Below are positions 16,727 through 20,000 of a stretch of DNA of 20,000 nt, one piece after another. Position 1 is the stretch's first letter. Each line of letters begins with the position of its first letter. The translations under genes and the position numbers were made by a program. The notes under the pieces are model-generated. The model was not told the DNA's origin. It saw nothing but the letters and a program-made list of their open reading frames with translations, and searched no databases. The DNA is from an uncultured virus (IMG/VR IMGVR_UViG_3300025470_000021) (Duplodnaviria; Heunggongvirae; Uroviricota; Caudoviricetes). The stretch is taken from the IMG/VR virus record IMGVR_UViG_3300025470_000021. One strand, given 5' to 3'.

Positions 16727-17599
16727 TTAGACTGTTGCGTACTGAGTTGTTACTGCATCTTGATCGATGCCTAGATCATCTTTGATATTGAATGATGCGC
16801 CCTCAAGAAGCATCTTGACTGCTGGGCGTTCTTCATCAGAGAAGTTGTTAGCGAACACTTCGCACGCTAGATCGAAGTTCAATTCTTTCGCTACTAATTC
16901 GAAAGTCTTGAGAATGCGTGGAGTGATTGGTGTTTCGAAGATCGTTGACTTGCTCGCCTGACCGAGATCAACGCCACGAGATTGAGAACGCATACCGAAT
17001 GCGAGATCAAGAAGAGACTCTGACTTGATGATCTTGCTCTCGATAGCGCGATCGTATTCGTAACGCATCTTGAGTTGGAAGCGATCAGCCCACGACTCAG
17101 AGAGAGGTTGTCGACCTCGGTACATTGGATTCCAGTCAGCGATCACGATGAGATCTGGGTGAGCATGAACCACTTCGTAATCTTTGGCAGTGAGCGTGAG
17201 AGTACGGCGATGATCAAGGGCTGGGTGGAAGAAGAATTGAGCATTCTTTGCGAGTTGATCGATCTCACCAAGATTGAGAACACCACCATTGCGCCAGACT
17301 TCGACATAGACCGAGTCAACCCATTCGAGTTTGCCGTCACGCGATACCCAGTTGCCCTGCAACTCGTTAGCACTGAGTGCTGAGTTAGAAGGTAGATCGA
17401 CATAAGGCAGACCGCGCTGGCTTGCGTAGTACTGAGCGAATGATGTCTTACCAGTACCAGCATGACCAGCGTTGAGGATATTGATCTTGTGCTTGCGAGC
17501 GAAGTCTGCGATCTGTAGACCAGAGATACCGAACCAGTTGCGATCGATGTAGTGCTCTTGAGATTCAAGAGTTGGAATTAATTGATTGAGTGGATTCAC
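16727..17599 (-). CDS. MoxR/CbbQ/CobS-like AAA+ ATPase
   Basis: Walker A GHAGTGKT, Walker B-like LNLGEID, NP..Y.G..., DRF, TPR; adjacent to the vWA gene. Confidence 0.9.
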   Translation of the reverse strand: MNPLNQLIPTLESQEHYIDRNWFGISGLQIADFARKHKINILNAGHAGTGKTSFAQYYASQRGLPYVDLPSNSALSANELQGNWVSRDGKLEWVDSVYVEVWRNGGVLNLGEIDQLAKNAQFFFHPALDHRRTLTLTAKDYEVVHAHPDLIVIADWNPMYRGRQPLSESWADRFQLKMRYEYDRAIESKIIKSESLLDLAFGMRSQSRGVDLGQASKSTIFETPITPRILKTFELVAKELNFDLACEVFANNFSDEERPAVKMLLEGASFNIKDDLGIDQDAVTTQYATV

Positions 17600-17609
17600 T
17601 TATTGCTCC

Positions 17610-17870
17610 TTAGTTGTAGTCGGGTGTTGGTACTTCTGGGTTCTTGATTATTGCCTGTGATACATCAGAGAGATCATCAAGTGATTGTGCGATGTCTATG
17701 AATGCGTTGTGCTCTTCGCATCGCTTGTCGATAATGATCTGCAATTTATCGAGTGCTGATTCAAGCGTTGCGATGATGACTGCTGGTGCACCTTGCTCGT
17801 TGGCGAAGTCGAGAGACTTAGCAAGCATTGCGCCCATGATGCCGAGTTCATCTAATTCGAATTCGTACAT
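17610..17870 (-). CDS. Hypothetical protein (86 aa)
   Basis: GAGGAGG RBS; abuts the upstream stop. Confidence 0.75.
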   Translation of the reverse strand: MYEFELDELGIMGAMLAKSLDFANEQGAPAVIIATLESALDKLQIIIDKRCEEHNAFIDIAQSLDDLSDVSQAIIKNPEVPTPDYN

Positions 17871-18143
17871 TTAATCCTCCTCACTTATCCACGCATTGAG
17901 TCGTAGTGAGTTCACGATCTCCCATGCAAGGGCTGATGATGACCCACGAAACTCGACACCTTGAGGGAGTGTGATCTCTGGGTTGTCTCCGTCATTGATT
18001 GCTTTGATTGCCTCGATCGCTGGCGCGACCATGACTTGAGGCACTGGTGGATAGCAATTCGATGAGAAGTGAATTGCGATCTGTTGTTCGAGTTCCAGTA
18101 CAAAATTGCCCGATGCGAGATCGGTAGCGAAATTAGAGCCCAT
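17871..18143 (-). CDS. Hypothetical phage protein (90 aa)
   Basis: GAGGA RBS; H...N.YPPVP motif. Confidence 0.75.
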   Translation of the reverse strand: MGSNFATDLASGNFVLELEQQIAIHFSSNCYPPVPQVMVAPAIEAIKAINDGDNPEITLPQGVEFRGSSSALAWEIVNSLRLNAWISEED

Positions 18144-18261
18144 TGGATTCTTCCTCTTCTAGAGTTTGGCGTAATAGATTGATATCGGGAGTAAGGACAG
18201 AGTCGAGCCAGACCGCGAAGATCGTGGCTAGAGTGCAGGAGATAAGAAGGAATAGGAACAC
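18133..18261 (-). CDS. Small membrane protein (42 aa)
   Basis: TAA-GTG junction; hydrophobic N-terminus MFLFLLISCTLATIFAVWL. Confidence 0.5.
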   Translation of the reverse strand: MFLFLLISCTLATIFAVWLDSVLTPDINLLRQTLEEEESNGL

Positions 18262-18576
18262 TTACCAGACCGCCCTTCTAACGATGCCCTGATGTTTGCT
18301 GGTAGTAACTGAGTAGCGGATTGCAGGTATCTCCCAACCATTGGCGTGATGCCAAGCGATCGGAGTTCCATAGGAGTAGACGATGAAGTCTGGCTTGTGA
18401 TCTTTCAGAAGTGCCACGACATCGCTCTGCAAGCGACCTGTGTGCAGATATTTGCCCTCCTGAAAGTAGATACCAGCCATTGAGTTGGCTTTGAATGGCT
18501 GACGGTTGAATATGTACTCACCAGCACCAGAGTTGGTAGTGCTCTTGCCTTTGATTTCTGTATAGCGTGTTGTCAT
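18262..18576 (-). CDS. Conserved phage early protein
   Basis: IVYSYGTPIAW...YSVTTSKHQ motif common in phage early regions. Confidence 0.8.
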   Translation of the reverse strand: MTTRYTEIKGKSTTNSGAGEYIFNRQPFKANSMAGIYFQEGKYLHTGRLQSDVVALLKDHKPDFIVYSYGTPIAWHHANGWEIPAIRYSVTTSKHQGIVRRAVW

Positions 18577-18716
18577 TTATTTCCCTCCCACTTTAAGAGT
18601 GTGCAGATTCTTTGATCTGCGACTTGGTGGCACTTGCCATAGACAGGGTGATGCGTGGCAATGAATGCCATGCCACCGATCAATAGTGCTGAGAAGATCG
18701 CGCCTAGTGCTTTCAT
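18573..18716 (-). CDS. Small membrane protein (47 aa)
   Basis: GGAGG RBS, TAATG and ATGA coupling; MKALGAIFSALLIGGMAFIA... Confidence 0.65.
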   Translation of the reverse strand: MKALGAIFSALLIGGMAFIATHHPVYGKCHQVADQRICTLLKWEGNK

Positions 18717-18823
18717 TAATTGACCTCCGTATTGTCGTAGTCGATGATCTCAACCTCAACACCAGCAGGACAATGCGTTACTTCTGCAACGCCACCTGAA
18801 ACTGTGATGATGATCTTGCTCAT
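18716..18823 (-). CDS. Small protein (35 aa)
   Basis: MSKIIITVSGGVAEV...VEIIDYD; coupled at both ends. Confidence 0.65.
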   Translation of the reverse strand: MSKIIITVSGGVAEVTHCPAGVEVEIIDYDNTEVN

Positions 18824-18930
18824 GCGCTCACCTTCTCTGGTGCTAGTTGATTGATGAGGAATGCATAGAGAGAAGGTGCTACTGATTGGCGTAGCACCTC
18901 TAGATCGTTGTCGATGTTATTGAGTTCCAT
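18820..18930 (-). CDS. Small protein (36 aa)
   Basis: AGGAGG RBS; TAATG and ATGA coupling. Confidence 0.6.
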   Translation of the reverse strand: MELNNIDNDLEVLRQSVAPSLYAFLINQLAPEKVSA

Positions 18931-19172
18931 TATTTGCCCTCCTGTAATAGTGCTGAGTACTGCTCAAGAAGAGTTCTGCCGTCTAGTGGGTGCTTGTACT
19001 TAGCGAAGCGCATAAACTCGTTGCGCTGAATGCGTGATCGATTGCCGAAGATAGTGACTGATAGGCGTTCGATCATTGAGTCGAGAACCTTGATCTGTTC
19101 ATCGGTTGTGCAATGAGCGCGTTCCCATGCGAATGCCTGAGCGATGCGAGCCTTGTCTGTTGTGAGAGCCAT
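18930..19172 (-). CDS. Hypothetical protein (80 aa)
   Basis: Start at MALTTDK with an AAAGGGG RBS rather than the 19436 start in the ORF track. Confidence 0.7.
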   Translation of the reverse strand: MALTTDKARIAQAFAWERAHCTTDEQIKVLDSMIERLSVTIFGNRSRIQRNEFMRFAKYKHPLDGRTLLEQYSALLQEGK

Positions 19173-19174
19173 GA

Positions 19175-19354
19175 TTACGCCCCTTTCACGATCTTTGCGA
19201 TATTGAGTGACTTGATGAAATTGATCTCGAAGCCCTCTGATCGGGTCGAGAAGAAGCGAGTGCCGTCTGCTAGAAGCAGGTCGATGAGTTGAGGCGAGAT
19301 CACGCCTTTGGCAACGATCTTGCCGTTGGTATCGATAAATACCTTTGATTTCAT
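19175..19354 (-). CDS. Hypothetical protein (59 aa), first gene of the leftward block
   Basis: AAGGG RBS; MKSKVFIDTNGKIVAKG... Confidence 0.65.
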   Translation of the reverse strand: MKSKVFIDTNGKIVAKGVISPQLIDLLLADGTRFFSTRSEGFEINFIKSLNIAKIVKGA

Positions 19355-19386
19355 TGGATTTGCCCTTCGTGTATAGATAGCACCAG

Positions 19387-19517
19387 ATTGCTATCAGAAC
19401 CGCCCACAAGTGGATTGTGAGCAGTTCTGGTGGCAATTAGTTAGGGGCTGGTGTCACTGTGCTGTCGGTCGGATTGATTACCGCCTGCACCATTGCTGGC
19501 AGTCCATGACCAGCCCC
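19387..19517 (-). ncRNA. Structured 5' leader (long hairpin plus a multi-stem element)
   Basis: 15-bp stem at 19395-19429 with G-U pairs on the - strand; 9-bp closing stem 19444-19452/19509-19517. Confidence 0.5.
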
Positions 19518-19522
19518 GCTAA

Positions 19523-19551
19523 TTCTGAGTTCTCTATGTAATTCGATACCC
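19523..19551 (-). repeat. Right copy of the 29-bp long-range inverted repeat
   Basis: The - strand reads GGGTATCGAATTACATAGAGAACTCAGAA. Confidence 0.9.
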
Positions 19552-19581
19552 CTGATACGAGGTCTGCATCACCGCGCTGGT

Positions 19582-19702
19582 TGCCCCTAGAGGATTCTGA
19601 ACCAGTAACTCGATCGAGATCGAGCACCTGCGCGTACACTGCCTAACTCGCGTGTATCTGTACCTTTTTCACTTCTGGTTCGATGCCCCTAAGGGATTCT
19701 GA
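19582..19702. repeat. 19-bp imperfect direct repeat TGCCCCTA(GA/AG)GGATTCTGA
   Basis: 19582-19600 and 19684-19702, 17/19 identical. Confidence 0.75.
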
Positions 19703-19894
19703 TCGTTCCGCGTGTGTACAAGGATGATCATTCCGTATACATAGGACAAGGTCAAATAGGCGCACCGATTTTCTGGGTCAATATGTCCGATTTATACGCA
19801 TAATTTTGGGGTCGTAAGTAAGTTTGACCAGTCATCATGTCGATATTGTCCGAATTGTGCAGATCGTTGGCACTCGGAGTAAGTGAGTGCTAGT

Positions 19895-19933
19895 TAGTTG
19901 AATGTTCAATTATGTAGTTGAAGATTCAATTAT
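19895..19933. promoter_or_regulatory. Tandem palindromic operator-like sites TAGTTGAA-NN-TTCAATTAT
   Basis: Two copies with a 20-bp period (19895-19913, 19915-19933). Confidence 0.65.
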
Positions 19934-20000
19934 CACGATGTCACGATGCGAGCCGAAATCGCGCCAAGTGTTTTTTCTTCCAGAGTTTGATACAAAGATA

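Noticed and set aside
129..17568. Numerous antisense or overlapping ORFs in the track (e.g. 552-926, 2685-3041, 3843-4319, 6603-6989, 10382-10744, 12681-12995, 15747-16163, 17143-17568)
   Set aside because: Shadows of well-supported genes, with no motifs or RBS
18577..19436. Track ORFs 18577-18762 and the long version 18930-19436
   Set aside because: Better explained by coupled small ORFs with RBSs in other frames; the 5' extension overlaps the RNA hairpin
19560..19720. Complete tRNA gene
   Set aside because: Only T-arm-like fragments; no D-arm, anticodon arm or matching acceptor 5' strand found
19580..19950. CRISPR or mini-CRISPR array
   Set aside because: The repeats occur only twice each, with spacings (1 nt and 83 nt) unlike spacers, and there are no cas genes

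Overview
This window is a 20-kb piece of a tailed-phage genome, most likely a moderate-GC (by eye just under 50%) actinobacteriophage, judging from WhiB, monomeric class II RNR and actinophage-type HNH and Zn-finger genes. The left part (1-8.5 kb, + strand) holds an HNH gene, a gene split by a CCC-TGA +1 frameshift, a possible HhH-glycosylase-like protein, small hypotheticals, a nucleotidyltransferase / degenerate HAD / TGT(DpdA)-like cluster, and nrdJ. The right part (8.5-19.4 kb, - strand) holds a secreted lytic transglycosylase, a tyrosine recombinase with a Zn-finger insertion and its own sigmaA-type promoter, and then a tightly coupled early-type gene block (Xis/AlpA HTH, HNH, WhiB, vWA + MoxR-like AAA, many small ORFs). 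A structured non-coding leader with operator-like repeats precedes that block (19.4-20 kb). The most striking unexplained structure is a 29-bp inverted repeat (27/29 identical; 11168-11196 and 19523-19551). It brackets the whole 8.3-kb GATC-enriched early block, and one copy abuts the recombinase promoter, suggesting either a recombinase-driven invertible cassette or a leader-trailer RNA stalk. All family calls come from motif recognition by eye; no database searches were run.
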